Shown one piece after another: positions 9,133-18,793 of a stretch of DNA of 36,322 bases. Every line of letters begins with the position of its first letter. Within the stretch, counting starts at the first letter, position 1. The notes under the pieces were generated by a model that saw only the letters and a list, made by a program, of their open reading frames with translations, made no database searches and had not been told where the DNA came from. The stretch spans positions 1-36,322 of the forward strand of contig JAZDGL010000050.1 in NCBI GenBank assembly GCA_043806975.1, in the 5' to 3' direction. Position numbers and translations under genes: made by a program. Source of the DNA: a bacterium (GTDB lineage: Bacteria; Patescibacteriota; Minisyncoccia; CAYZDR01).

Positions 9133-11784
9133 TTATCTTAAAATCTCTAATTCTTTTTTGATCTTTTTGATTTTTTCTTTTGTTGTTTCCAGCTGTTCTG
9201 ATTTTTGATTTTTGATTTTTTCGGGAGCATTATTTAAGAAATTTTTATTCGCTAATTCTTTTTGGAGAGATTTTTCGAAATTTTCTAGATGGGATAGCTC
9301 ATTGGAAAGCTTTTCTGCTTCTTTTTTTATATCAATGATATTTTCTAGCGGAATAAAAATTTGGATATTTGCATCAATAATAATAGATGCCGAATGTTTT
9401 GGGCGAACGGCGGTTTTAGAAAATTCCAATTTTTCCAATCTAGCAAGGGTTTTTATAATTTCACCTTGGCAGATTATTGATTTTTCTGATGCGGATATTA
9501 AAGCGGATATTTTTTTAGCAGGTTCAATTTTGTATTCGGCGCGGACATTGCGGATAGATGCGACTATTTTTTGCAATGTTTCAAAAATTTCTATGTCTTT
9601 CTTTTTGATGTTTATTTTTGATTTTTTCGGCCATTGCGAAACCATTAAAATTTGTTCTCCGCGATATTGCTCGGGAATTTTTTTCCATATTTCCTCGGTT
9701 ATAAAAGGCGTAAATGGGTGGAGGAGCTTTGTAAGATTTGAAAGAATATAAAGCAAAATTTCTGTTTTGCCCTTTTCTATTTTAGAAATTTCCAAATACC
9801 AGTCGGCGAGTTTATCCCGCGAAAAGCTGAAAAGCGCTTCGCCTGCTTGGGAAAGCTGGTAGCTGTCCATATTTTCATTTACCGATTGAATGAGTTCGTT
9901 GAATTCGTATAAAATCCATTTGTCTGAAAGAGTTAGATTTTTTTCTTGCGCGGGCGTTAAATTGAAAGGCGCGCTTTTTGCAGATAATTTTTCGGAAGAA
10001 TCGGCGGCGTCTTTTAAAATGAATCTTGCGATATTCCAAAATTTATTAACAAAATTTCTGTATCCAGCGATTTTTTCTTCATAAAGGCGAAAATCGTTTC
10101 CCGCTGTGGCGCCGATTATCATACTTAGTCGCAAGGCGTCCGCTCCGAATTTATTGATCATATCAATTGGGTCAATTCCATTCCCTAGCGATTTGCTCAT
10201 TTTCCTTCCGAGCTTGTCGCGGACTAATCCGTGCAGATATACGGTTTCAAAAGGGATTTCTTGCAGCGCGTATTGGGACATTAAAATCATCCGTCCGATC
10301 CAAAAAAATAAAATGTCGTATCCTGTTTCCATTAAAGATGTTGGATGAAATTTTTTGAGATCGCTGGTTTTTTCTGGCCATCCAAGGGTTGAGAAAGTCC
10401 AAAGCCCAGAAGAGAACCAAGTGTCTAGCGTGTCTGGGTCTTGTTTGAATTCGTCGTTGCCGCATTTCCAGCAATGGACTGGCGGAGTTAGACTCACAAC
10501 AATTTGCCCGCATTCGCAATAATAAGCAGGGATTCTGTGCCCGAACCAAATTTGGCGGGAAATGCACCAGTCTTCCAAATTTTCCATCCAGTTAAAATAA
10601 ATTTTTTCAAATCTTTTCGGGACTATTTTTATTTTTTCGCTGCGGACAGCTTCAACGGACAATTCTTTTAGCGATTTTTTTCTTCCGGGAATTTCTTTGT
10701 TGACATTAATGAACCATTGCAGAGAAACTAACGGCTCTACGACTGCCTCGCATCTATAACAATGTCCAACAGAGTGGAGGTAGTCTTCTATTTTATCGAT
10801 TAACCCGAGTTTTTCTAAATCGGCGGCAATTTTCTCTCGCGTTTCTAGCAGGGTAAGTCCTTCGTATTTTCCACCGTTTCCGTTTATTGTGCCGTTATTG
10901 TTAAATATGTTGATAACTTCAAGCCCGTGCCGTTTTCCAACCTCAAAATCGTCCTTGTCGTGTCCTGGCGTGATTTTAAGCGCTCCTGTTGCGAATTCCA
11001 TATCCACATGGGCATCGGCGATGATTGGAATTTGGCGGTCAGACAAAGGAAGGCGCGCCATTTTCCCGATAAAACTTTGGTAGCGTTTATCTCCGGGGTT
11101 CACGGCAATTGCCGTGTCTCCTAGCATAGTTTCGGGGCGGGTAGTGGCAATTGTAATAAATTGATCTTCAACGGGATATTTTACAAAATAAAGCTTTCCT
11201 TGTTCTTCTTTAAATTCTACTTCGTCGTCAGATAAGGTTGACTCGCATCTTGGGCACCAATTGACAATGCGATTTCCCCTGTAAATTAGTCCGTCGTTAT
11301 ACATTCTGATAAAAATTTCTTGCACGGACTTTGATAGTCCGCTATCCAAAGTATATCGCTCTCTTGACCAATCGCAGCTGGAACCCATTTGCCTAATTTG
11401 GCTGCGGATTGTGCTTTGTGATTCGGCGACAAATTTTTCAACTTTTTCCAAAAATTTTTCTCTTCCTAAACTATGCCGATTCAACCCTTCTTTTGCGATG
11501 ATTTTTTCTACTTTTGTTTGAGTCGCTATGGAAGCGTGATCAGTCCCTGGAACCCAAAGAGCGCTATATCCTTGCATTCTTTTTTGCCGCAGGATTATAT
11601 CTTGAATTGCCAGCATTGTAGCATGACCCAAATGCAAAATTCCTGTTGCGTTTGGGGGCGGCATTGCGATTGAAAACTTTTTTGTTCTTTTTCCGGGAAG
11701 ATTGTCGGGATTAAAAAATCCTGATTTTTCCCATTCTTTGTAAATTTTTTGTTCGTGTTGTTTTGGATCGTAAGATTTATCCAT
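9133..11784 (-). CDS. valS: Valine--tRNA ligase
   Basis: PPPNATGILHLGHA (HIGH), DWCISRQIWFGHRIP, KMSKS, C-terminal coiled coil. Confidence 0.98.
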   Translation of the reverse strand: MDKSYDPKQHEQKIYKEWEKSGFFNPDNLPGKRTKKFSIAMPPPNATGILHLGHATMLAIQDIILRQKRMQGYSALWVPGTDHASIATQTKVEKIIAKEGLNRHSLGREKFLEKVEKFVAESQSTIRSQIRQMGSSCDWSRERYTLDSGLSKSVQEIFIRMYNDGLIYRGNRIVNWCPRCESTLSDDEVEFKEEQGKLYFVKYPVEDQFITIATTRPETMLGDTAIAVNPGDKRYQSFIGKMARLPLSDRQIPIIADAHVDMEFATGALKITPGHDKDDFEVGKRHGLEVINIFNNNGTINGNGGKYEGLTLLETREKIAADLEKLGLIDKIEDYLHSVGHCYRCEAVVEPLVSLQWFINVNKEIPGRKKSLKELSVEAVRSEKIKIVPKRFEKIYFNWMENLEDWCISRQIWFGHRIPAYYCECGQIVVSLTPPVHCWKCGNDEFKQDPDTLDTWFSSGLWTFSTLGWPEKTSDLKKFHPTSLMETGYDILFFWIGRMILMSQYALQEIPFETVYLHGLVRDKLGRKMSKSLGNGIDPIDMINKFGADALRLSMIIGATAGNDFRLYEEKIAGYRNFVNKFWNIARFILKDAADSSEKLSAKSAPFNLTPAQEKNLTLSDKWILYEFNELIQSVNENMDSYQLSQAGEALFSFSRDKLADWYLEISKIEKGKTEILLYILSNLTKLLHPFTPFITEEIWKKIPEQYRGEQILMVSQWPKKSKINIKKKDIEIFETLQKIVASIRNVRAEYKIEPAKKISALISASEKSIICQGEIIKTLARLEKLEFSKTAVRPKHSASIIIDANIQIFIPLENIIDIKKEAEKLSNELSHLENFEKSLQKELANKNFLNNAPEKIKNQKSEQLETTKEKIKKIKKELEILR

Positions 11785-11862
11785 AATAAAATTTTAAATC
11801 TATCCATACTTGCTTGGAATATTTTTTTGTTGAGAGCGGACGGAGGTTTTAAAATTAAATTC

Positions 11863-11985
11863 TATAGCTTTCACAAAACAAATCATCGCATTTTCTCCCT
11901 TTTTACCTCCCAAGGCGGTCTGCCCATTAGGCAGAAAGGGAGGCTGGGAGGGATTTTAAAATAAATTTGTTTTGCGGAGGCTATA
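11863..11985 (-). mobile_element. TATAG-ended MITE copy with nested palindromes in the hairpin loop
   Basis: TIRs tatagctttcacaaaacaaat / atttgttttgcggaggctata. Insert cctcccaaggcggtctgcccattaggcaga. Confidence 0.8.
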
Positions 11986-12054
11986 TTAGTATATTACCGA
12001 ATTTATTCTTTATTGGCAACAGCAGTGGAAGTAGGAGGAAAGATAGCCCTTATA

Positions 12055-12108
12055 TGTCATCCCGACCGAGCTTCGCCTGTATTCAGGCGGAGGCGAGTGG
12101 AGGGATCC
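12055..12108 (+). repeat. TGTCATCCCGAC..GGAGGGATCC palindromic repeat (half element)
   Basis: Near-identical to 33517-33570. Confidence 0.85.
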
Positions 12109-12109
12109 T

Positions 12110-12185
12110 AATATTTTCTCCCTTTAAACCTCCCAAGGCGGTCTGCCTTGGGTAGAAGAGGGATTTTATAATAATTTATTTTGCG
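12110..12185 (-). repeat. Partial MITE copy with CCCAAGGC-GGTCT-GCCTTGGG palindrome
   Basis: atattttctcccttt..cctcccaaggcggtctgccttgggtagaagagggatttt..ttttgcg. Matches parts of the 2418 and 22665 copies. Confidence 0.75.
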
Positions 12186-12209
12186 CATATTTTTTATTCT
12201 TGATATAAT
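12181..12209 (+). promoter_or_regulatory. Putative sigma70 promoter of the R-M operon
   Basis: TTGCGC-17 bp-TATAAT with an extended -10 TG. Confidence 0.55.
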
Positions 12210-12245
12210 AATGCTATGGTTTCTGAAAAATAAATTCCAAGAATT

Positions 12246-13844
12246 ATGGGGATAGCGATTGCCAGACAATTATTAACATTGAAAGAAGCGTGCGACTGGG
12301 CAAGCTTTTTTTCGGGCAAAAATATCAGTGAATCAAATATTTCATATCTTATACAATACGGCAAAGTCAAAAAATATGGTGAAAATGGCTCTACCCAAAT
12401 AAATATTGAGGATTTAAAATTATATTATCAATCATTTAATAATGGCATAAGGGAAATTGAGTGGAAAAAGAAACTTGGCAATGATTTAAATTGGAATTTG
12501 TCTTTTGATAACTTGCGCGAAAAAGATACCACAAAGCATGTCCATCGGCTGCATCCATATAAAGGAAAGTTTATCCCGCAATTAGTTGAATATTTTATTG
12601 ATAGCCACACTGACGATTTCAAGCAAAAATCTTTTTTTAAAAAAGGTGATATTATTTTAGATCCTTTTTCAGGATCAGGGACAACATTAGTGCAGGCGAA
12701 TGAGCTTGGCATTCACTCAATAGGAATTGATATATCGCGATTTAACTGTATGATAACCGATACAAAGCTTTTAGATTATGATTTAGATTCTCTGACCAAG
12801 GAAGTCAGGGATATAAATTTAGCAATCACCAAATTTGAAACGGATAAGAAAATTGAAGATTTTGAGAAGGATCTTTGTCTTGAATTGGCAAAATTTAACA
12901 ACAAAAATTTTCCTTCACCAGACTTTAAGAGAAAAATTTACAAACGAGAAATTAACGAAAATAAATACTCAGTTGAAAAAGAGAAAGAATTTTTTTCTAT
13001 ATATAACAAGCTAGTTGCTAAATATAAAATAGAACTCAAACAAGATAAAAACGAATCCTTTCTTGATAAATGGTATATAAAAAACATAAGAAAAGAAATT
13101 GATTTTGCTTTTGAGCAAATTAAAAAAGTAAAGGATGAAAAAAATAAAAGAGCTTTGGCGGTTATTTTAAGCAGGACAATTCGCTCTTGCCGCGCTACGA
13201 CACATTCTGACCTCGCAACATTAAAAGAGCCTCAAGTAGCTACTTACTATTGTTGGAAACATAAAAAAATATGCAAACCTCTTTTTTCAATAAAATATTG
13301 GTTCGGTCGTTATGCGAATGATGCTATTGTTAGGATAAAAGAATTTCAAAGATTAAGAAATGGATCTCACTGGGTATCAATTACAGGAGATTCAAGAACC
13401 GTTGACATAGCGAATGAAATAAAATCAAGAAATAAAGAATTTCATAAAATTCTTGAGAAACAAAAAATTCAGGGAATTTTTTCTTCCCCTCCATATGTGG
13501 GACAAATAGATTATCATGAGCAACATGCTTATGCATACGATCTTTTTGGTTTTGAGAGAAAAGATGGATTAGAAATCGGGCCGTTATATAAAGGGCAAGG
13601 GATGGAGGCCAAAAAATCTTATATTGAGGGCATATCGCAAGTTTTGCTAAATTCAAAAAAATATCTTGTGAACAATTTTGATGTATTTTTGGTAGCCAAT
13701 GATAAATGGAATTTATACCCTCAAATTGCAGAAAACGCAGGTATGCGAATAGCTAACCAATATAAGCGCCCCGTGCTTAATCGCACTGAACGCGATAAAA
13801 ATCCTTATTCAGAAATAATTTTTCATTTACAAAATAATTCATAA
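12246..13844 (+). CDS. Type II DNA methyltransferase, probably N4-cytosine, with N-terminal HTH-like segment
   Basis: HRLHPYKGKFIPQL, motif I DPFSGSGTT preceding motif IV SPPY. Confidence 0.9.
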   Translation: MGIAIARQLLTLKEACDWASFFSGKNISESNISYLIQYGKVKKYGENGSTQINIEDLKLYYQSFNNGIREIEWKKKLGNDLNWNLSFDNLREKDTTKHVHRLHPYKGKFIPQLVEYFIDSHTDDFKQKSFFKKGDIILDPFSGSGTTLVQANELGIHSIGIDISRFNCMITDTKLLDYDLDSLTKEVRDINLAITKFETDKKIEDFEKDLCLELAKFNNKNFPSPDFKRKIYKREINENKYSVEKEKEFFSIYNKLVAKYKIELKQDKNESFLDKWYIKNIRKEIDFAFEQIKKVKDEKNKRALAVILSRTIRSCRATTHSDLATLKEPQVATYYCWKHKKICKPLFSIKYWFGRYANDAIVRIKEFQRLRNGSHWVSITGDSRTVDIANEIKSRNKEFHKILEKQKIQGIFSSPPYVGQIDYHEQHAYAYDLFGFERKDGLEIGPLYKGQGMEAKKSYIEGISQVLLNSKKYLVNNFDVFLVANDKWNLYPQIAENAGMRIANQYKRPVLNRTERDKNPYSEIIFHLQNNS

Positions 13845-13846
13845 AT

Positions 13847-14638
13847 ATGGCATTATCAAACAAATTGCAGTTTAAAATTCATAATTTTCTTAAAGAAAAA
13901 TTGCTGAAAAAAATTGATGAATATAGTCTTAACGACGATGATTCATCAAAACCATTTCAATACGCTCTTTTTACAAAAAAGGGCTATCTGACAAAAGGTT
14001 TTATACATGGATGTGAAACGGCATTAGGCAATTGGCATGAATCAATAGCAAAAATTATTGCAGCGGAAAATTTTAAAGTAGCAGAAAAACTTCAAGGCAA
14101 AAATAAATTAAAGGGGCAGGTAACCAATGAGGCGCAGAAAATATTTGAAAATATTTTAAGCGATCTTGATAGCGCTCTCAGGGAGCCTAACTATGAAAAG
14201 GAGGCTAATGAAATTTTTAGCGCTAGCCAAGAAAGTAATAAAATTTTAGATCGTATTCAAACGGTTGATTTATTTCTTGAAAAGGAAGGCGGTGAAGAAA
14301 TTTATTTTGAAATAAAAGGACCAAAACCAAATAAAAATGAGATGAGAGCTGCGAAAAGAGATCTTCTTGAAATTTTTGCGATGAGGACGCGCGAAGGTAA
14401 AAAAGTAAGAATTTATCTCGGGATGTATTATAATCCATATTATCCAAAAGACTATCAAAGATGGACTTGCCTCAAATTTTTTAGCAAAGGACAAGATTTT
14501 TTGATAGGCAAAGATTTTTGGGATTTTTTGGGAGGAGCTGGCGCCTACGAAAATCTAATTAAGATATACGAAGATGTCGGTGAAGAAATAAGGCCTGCGC
14601 TTGATAAAAAATTTAAAGATTTATTCAATGAATCATAA
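13847..14638 (+). CDS. Type II restriction endonuclease, TdeIII family
   Basis: PD-(D/E)xK core VDLFL..YFEIKGPKPN, YNPY, FWDFLGGAGAYE..VGEEIRP. Starts 2 nt after the MTase. Confidence 0.8.
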   Translation: MALSNKLQFKIHNFLKEKLLKKIDEYSLNDDDSSKPFQYALFTKKGYLTKGFIHGCETALGNWHESIAKIIAAENFKVAEKLQGKNKLKGQVTNEAQKIFENILSDLDSALREPNYEKEANEIFSASQESNKILDRIQTVDLFLEKEGGEEIYFEIKGPKPNKNEMRAAKRDLLEIFAMRTREGKKVRIYLGMYYNPYYPKDYQRWTCLKFFSKGQDFLIGKDFWDFLGGAGAYENLIKIYEDVGEEIRPALDKKFKDLFNES

Positions 14639-14705
14639 ATTATGGGAATAAGGAGTTTCTAGCCTCGGTCATTCCTCCTCATTGTTTTAAGCGCTGCATT
14701 GGCAG

Positions 14706-15953
14706 CTATAATAGCGGGCAAACATTGATATTGGCGTCTGTTTCCACTTCCCACGGTTTGCGGGTCGCTTCTTGGCGGTGAAAATATCCAGCGACTGCGA
14801 TCATCGCGGCGTTGTCTGTGCAAAATTGCAATGGGGGAACGGAGAATTTTATTTCGGGGAAAGTATTTTTTATTTTTGCGGCAAGTTGAAATCGCAGCTG
14901 GGAATTTGCGGCGACCCCGCCTGCTAAAATGATTGTTTTTGGAGAAAATTTATGCGCCGCCTTAATTGTTTTGGATATCAGCACTTCAACAACAGCTTGC
15001 TGAAATTCTGCGGCGATATTATTGGCTTGTGATGGCTGTAATTCTGCGCCGTTTGCGGTTTTTGCGTCTAATTCTCTTACCGCTGTTTTTATCCCGCTAA
15101 AACTGAAATCAAAATTTTTGCTTGAAATCATAGGGCGAGGAAGGCTGTAAATTCCGGGTGTTCCATTTTCTGCCGCTTTGGAAATTGCGGGACCTCCCGG
15201 GTAGCCTAAATTTAAAAGTCGCGCGGCTTTATCAAAGGCTTCTCCTACGGCGTCGTCGCGGGTCGCTCCAACAGAAATAAACTTTTTATGGTCTTTCATT
15301 AAAACCAATTCAGTATGACCTCCTGACACAACTAAGGCTAGAACTGGGAAGATTATTTCCTTTATTTCTTCTTTTTCGCGTCCTCCGAAGTCTGCTGACG
15401 CAGGAGAGGTAGAATGGCCGGGTATATTTTTAAAATCCCCCTTAGTCCCCCTTCTAAAAGGGGGAAAAATTAAGGATATTCCCTTTAAAAAGAGGGTAGA
15501 TATATTTCTAGGCTCTTCCTTTATTTCCCCCTTTGTAAAGGGGGTAGGGGGATTTTCTATCCAATTTGCGTAAATATGTCCTTCAATATGGTTAACTCCG
15601 ACAATTGGTTTCTCCCAAACATAAGAAAGTGTTTTTGCTGCGCTTGTTCCAACCAAAAGCGCAGGGATCAACCCCGGTCCGCGCGTAACCGTAATTAAAT
15701 CTATATCTTTTATTTTTATTGCAGATTTTTGCAAAGCTTCTTCCAAAACCGAAGTTATGTTTTTTGTATGTTCGCGAGCTGCTAAATTGGGGATTATCCC
15801 TCCAAATTGAGAGTGCAAGCCTACTTGACTAGAAACGATATTTGATAAAATTTCAAAATTAACCGATTCCTCGGGTTCTGTTGTTGTCGTTTCTGCTTTT
15901 AAAACTGCTGCTGCGGTTTCATCGCAAGATGTTTCAATCGCTAGAATTATCAT
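14706..15953 (-). CDS. tsaD: tRNA threonylcarbamoyltransferase TsaD, with a repeat-derived in-frame insertion
   Basis: ILAIETSCDET, HIEGH, VSGGHT, DDAVGEAFDK, FSFSGIKTA, CTDNAAMIA. Confidence 0.97.
   Translation of the reverse strand: MIILAIETSCDETAAAVLKAETTTTEPEESVNFEILSNIVSSQVGLHSQFGGIIPNLAAREHTKNITSVLEEALQKSAIKIKDIDLITVTRGPGLIPALLVGTSAAKTLSYVWEKPIVGVNHIEGHIYANWIENPPTPFTKGEIKEEPRNISTLFLKGISLIFPPFRRGTKGDFKNIPGHSTSPASADFGGREKEEIKEIIFPVLALVVSGGHTELVLMKDHKKFISVGATRDDAVGEAFDKAARLLNLGYPGGPAISKAAENGTPGIYSLPRPMISSKNFDFSFSGIKTAVRELDAKTANGAELQPSQANNIAAEFQQAVVEVLISKTIKAAHKFSPKTIILAGGVAANSQLRFQLAAKIKNTFPEIKFSVPPLQFCTDNAAMIAVAGYFHRQEATRKPWEVETDANINVCPLL
15432..15556. mobile_element. Intragenic palindromic doublet inside tsaD
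   Basis: Perfect 11-bp terminal IR aaaatccccct / agggggatttt. Same end pair as the intergenic 27566-27856 element. Confidence 0.85.
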
Positions 15954-15958
15954 ATTTT

Positions 15959-17215
15959 CTAAAATAAGCTAATATCTGCTCCCAAATTTTTCAGCCGTTC
16001 TACGGTATTTGAATGTCCCCGTTCAATTTGGTAAATGTTGTCTATAATGGTTTCGCCTTCTGCGGCAAGCCCGGCTAAAACATAAGCCATTCCTGCGCGA
16101 AGATCGGGCGCGGAAACAGAGGCTCCGCGCAGTTTATCAACGCCCTCAACCGTTGCCACATTTCCTTGTGCGGTTATTTTTGCCCCAAAAGAGTTTAGCC
16201 CGTCTGCCTGGCTAAATCTGCTTTCATAAACATTCTCACGCAAATAACTGGTTCCATCTGCCAAGGCTGAAAATGCCATCATAGCAGGAAGTAAATCTGT
16301 TGCAAAGCCTGGATATGGCCATGTTACGATGTTTATCGGGCGAGGTCTTTGTTTTAATCCTTTAACCCTTATGGTTTTTCCGTTATTTTCTACTGTTGCT
16401 CCCATTTGCTCCAATTTTATTTTTAAAATTTTCATACAATCAAGATCCGCCCCAATAAGAGTGATGTCTCCTTGCGTCATAGCGGCGCCAATCATAAAAG
16501 TCCCCGCATCCAGCCGATCTGGCAAAACCCGATATTCTACTGGATTTAATTCTGCAACTCCCTCAACTGTAATGGTTTGGGTTCCTGCGCCGTAAATTTT
16601 AGCTCCCATTTGGATTAGCATATTTGCAAAATCTACAATTTCTGGCTCTGACGCGGCATTTTCAATTGTAGTTTTTCCTTTTGCAAGGCTCGCAGCCATA
16701 ATAAGGTTTTCAGTCCCGGTCCAGCTGGGGATATCGGAATAAACCACATTCCCCACCAATTTTTTTGCTGTAATTTTTAATTTATCGTCGCTCTTTATGT
16801 CAACTTTTGCGCCAAGCCGCTTGAATCCATTATAATGAAAATCCAGCTTGCGTCCAAGCGAACATCCTCCCGCTCCATTTATTTCAACTTTTCCGAGCCG
16901 ATGAAGAATGACGGGTAAAAAAAGGATAGAGGCGCGGAGTTTGTTTGAAAGTTCGCTGTCTAAAACGGAATTATTTATTCCTTCTGCATCAATAACTAAA
17001 ATTCTTTTGTCCTCAAAATAAGTCAATTTAGCTCCGATTGATTCAGCTATTTGTATTAAAACTTTGATGTCGTTAAGCGGCGGAACATTTTTTAAAACGG
17101 TTTGTCCTTTTTTCGGCAAAAGAGCCGCCGCAATCATCGGCAGCGCCGCATTTTTAGACCCTTGCACAAATAAAGTCCCTTTTAAGGGCTTCCCTCCGGT
17201 GATTTTGTATCTCAT
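15959..17215 (-). CDS. murA: UDP-N-acetylglucosamine 1-carboxyvinyltransferase
   Basis: [48 protein letters not shown]. Confidence 0.95.
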   Translation of the reverse strand: MRYKITGGKPLKGTLFVQGSKNAALPMIAAALLPKKGQTVLKNVPPLNDIKVLIQIAESIGAKLTYFEDKRILVIDAEGINNSVLDSELSNKLRASILFLPVILHRLGKVEINGAGGCSLGRKLDFHYNGFKRLGAKVDIKSDDKLKITAKKLVGNVVYSDIPSWTGTENLIMAASLAKGKTTIENAASEPEIVDFANMLIQMGAKIYGAGTQTITVEGVAELNPVEYRVLPDRLDAGTFMIGAAMTQGDITLIGADLDCMKILKIKLEQMGATVENNGKTIRVKGLKQRPRPINIVTWPYPGFATDLLPAMMAFSALADGTSYLRENVYESRFSQADGLNSFGAKITAQGNVATVEGVDKLRGASVSAPDLRAGMAYVLAGLAAEGETIIDNIYQIERGHSNTVERLKNLGADISLF

Positions 17216-17273
17216 TTTGATTTATGATTAATTATTGCTTAAATTACATTATAGCATAGGTTGAGGAAAAAGC

Positions 17274-17301
17274 AAAAACCCTGACAAACTTTTGTCAGGG
17301 T
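17274..17301 (-). terminator. Intrinsic terminator (minus strand)
   Basis: accctgacaaa..ttgtcagggt hairpin followed by a T-run on the minus strand. Confidence 0.6.
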
Positions 17302-17319
17302 CTAATTTTTATTAGATCA

Positions 17320-17592
17320 TTAGTCGTGTAAGTCGCGCAAACCACATTCTATCATTTCTGCTTCTTCCTCTCTTTCGCATTGCTCTATGCAACTTTCACA
17401 TAGACCGCCTTCGACATTTTTTTTAATTTTTTAGAAATTTCTTTCCAAAGGGGACTACTAGCAATCACGGGAATTTGTTTTTTTGCTTGAACGATTTCTT
17501 CGACTTCCAATGTTGTTACAAACTCATTTTCTGTTAAAAGCTTTCTGCACTTCTTACAATGCGCATTTTTTGGGGATGACTCAACGCTTTTT
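17320..17592 (-). pseudogene. Possible frameshifted small CxxC..CxxC protein
   Basis: HCKKCRKLL... in one frame and GGLCESCIEQC... in another, joined at an A8 run. Terminator downstream. No clear start codon. Confidence 0.3.
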
Positions 17593-17623
17593 TAAAATCA
17601 AGGTTCTTCTTGTAAATTATGTT

Positions 17624-17739
17624 TTAAGGGCGTGTCGCCGAATGCAATTTTTTCAAAATTCTGAAATTTTTTAGGCTTTAATAAACCAAAAAATTTTTCG
17701 AAAATTGCAAAATTTACTATTCGGCGACAGCCCCTTTAA
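17624..17739. mobile_element. MITE-like inverted-repeat element
   Basis: ttaagggcgtgtcgccgaat ... attcggcgacagcccctttaa, plus an internal IR gcaatttt / aaaattgc. Confidence 0.65.
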
Positions 17740-18647
17740 TTTAGATTCTCCATAAAATCAAGGATTTCTTTTTGCACTTTTAGCATTGGAAATTTTTTCC
17801 AAGGGAAAATAGATTTTGAGACAGACATAATTGCGCAAATATAGTGAGCAGAGTTGCTTTTAGCCGAGAAGACATCATTGTGCCAGCGAATTACAGCCCA
17901 GTGTTTTTTAAAAATACTTTTAATGGCAGATTTAAAAGAGTATTTCCAAAGGTTTGTTTCTAGCCATCCTCCTTTCCCGAAAATTTTTTCAAATTGTTGC
18001 TTGTAAAATTTTTCTTCGCATTTTTCAGGTTTTTCCCCGAGCTTTGAAAGCTTTTCGGATACCCAAGGAGAAACCATTTGATTTTTCTCCACTAAGTAGA
18101 AGAACTCTGCCAAATGTTTTGCGCAAGACATAGTTATGTCTGAAAAACGGAATTTTGGATTTTCCTTGTCTCTATTAAGGAATTTTCTCGTTACCTCACT
18201 TCCTTGCCATCCGTATTTATGAATAATATTTTCAGTGATCGCTTCCCTGGAAACTAAATCAATTAGGCAATTTGACGCGGTATTATCCGAACGGGTAAGC
18301 ATAAGGTTTAATAGATATTCAACTGAAACTTTGTCGCCAGTTTTTAAAAGCGGTCTTGAATCATTCGGGAAAATTCGGGAGTCTCTATCAACATCATTCG
18401 GGGATTTAACTGTAATTATGGTAATTAGCGAGAAAGTTTTTTGTTCTATTTGCCTTAATACTTCTGCTCCAATGAAAATTTTATAACAACTTGCTGGATA
18501 AATAAATTTATTTATCTGATAGCCAAAAATCTCGTGTTCTGAAGATGCAAGGTTAATAATGCAAATTGAAAAATCGAATTTTTTCCGATATTTTTTTGCT
18601 ATTTTTTCCATTAACTTTTTTTCTGTGTTTGAATTATATTGAAGCAT
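17736..18647 (-). CDS. Serine hydrolase, class A beta-lactamase-like
   Basis: SxxK (ASCYK), SDN (RSDNTAS), and KGG in place of KTG. No signal peptide. Start may be 18611. Confidence 0.8.
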   Translation of the reverse strand: MLQYNSNTEKKLMEKIAKKYRKKFDFSICIINLASSEHEIFGYQINKFIYPASCYKIFIGAEVLRQIEQKTFSLITIITVKSPNDVDRDSRIFPNDSRPLLKTGDKVSVEYLLNLMLTRSDNTASNCLIDLVSREAITENIIHKYGWQGSEVTRKFLNRDKENPKFRFSDITMSCAKHLAEFFYLVEKNQMVSPWVSEKLSKLGEKPEKCEEKFYKQQFEKIFGKGGWLETNLWKYSFKSAIKSIFKKHWAVIRWHNDVFSAKSNSAHYICAIMSVSKSIFPWKKFPMLKVQKEILDFMENLN

Positions 18648-18793
18648 TAGATTCTCCCCTTGATCTCAAATGAAAAATAAAATTTTGAAATTTATTTTCT
18701 AGAAAGGTTATGGTAATTTGGTAATTAATAATATGCGGCTCGCGGGTTAATAAAAATCCCTGAAACTGCGTTAATAAAAGTTTCAGGGATAAA

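Noticed and set aside
9940-10015. Repeat-derived insert in valS (DAADSSEKLSAKSAPFNLTPAQ)
   Set aside because: This is a naturally variable ValRS linker, and no match to the palindrome families was seen.
11749-12155. Short ORFs 11749-11964 and 11967-12155
   Set aside because: They are read-through of repeat elements with no protein-like features.
15351-15560. Intein or intron in tsaD
   Set aside because: No Cys/Ser start or His-Asn end, too short, and explained by the repeat units.
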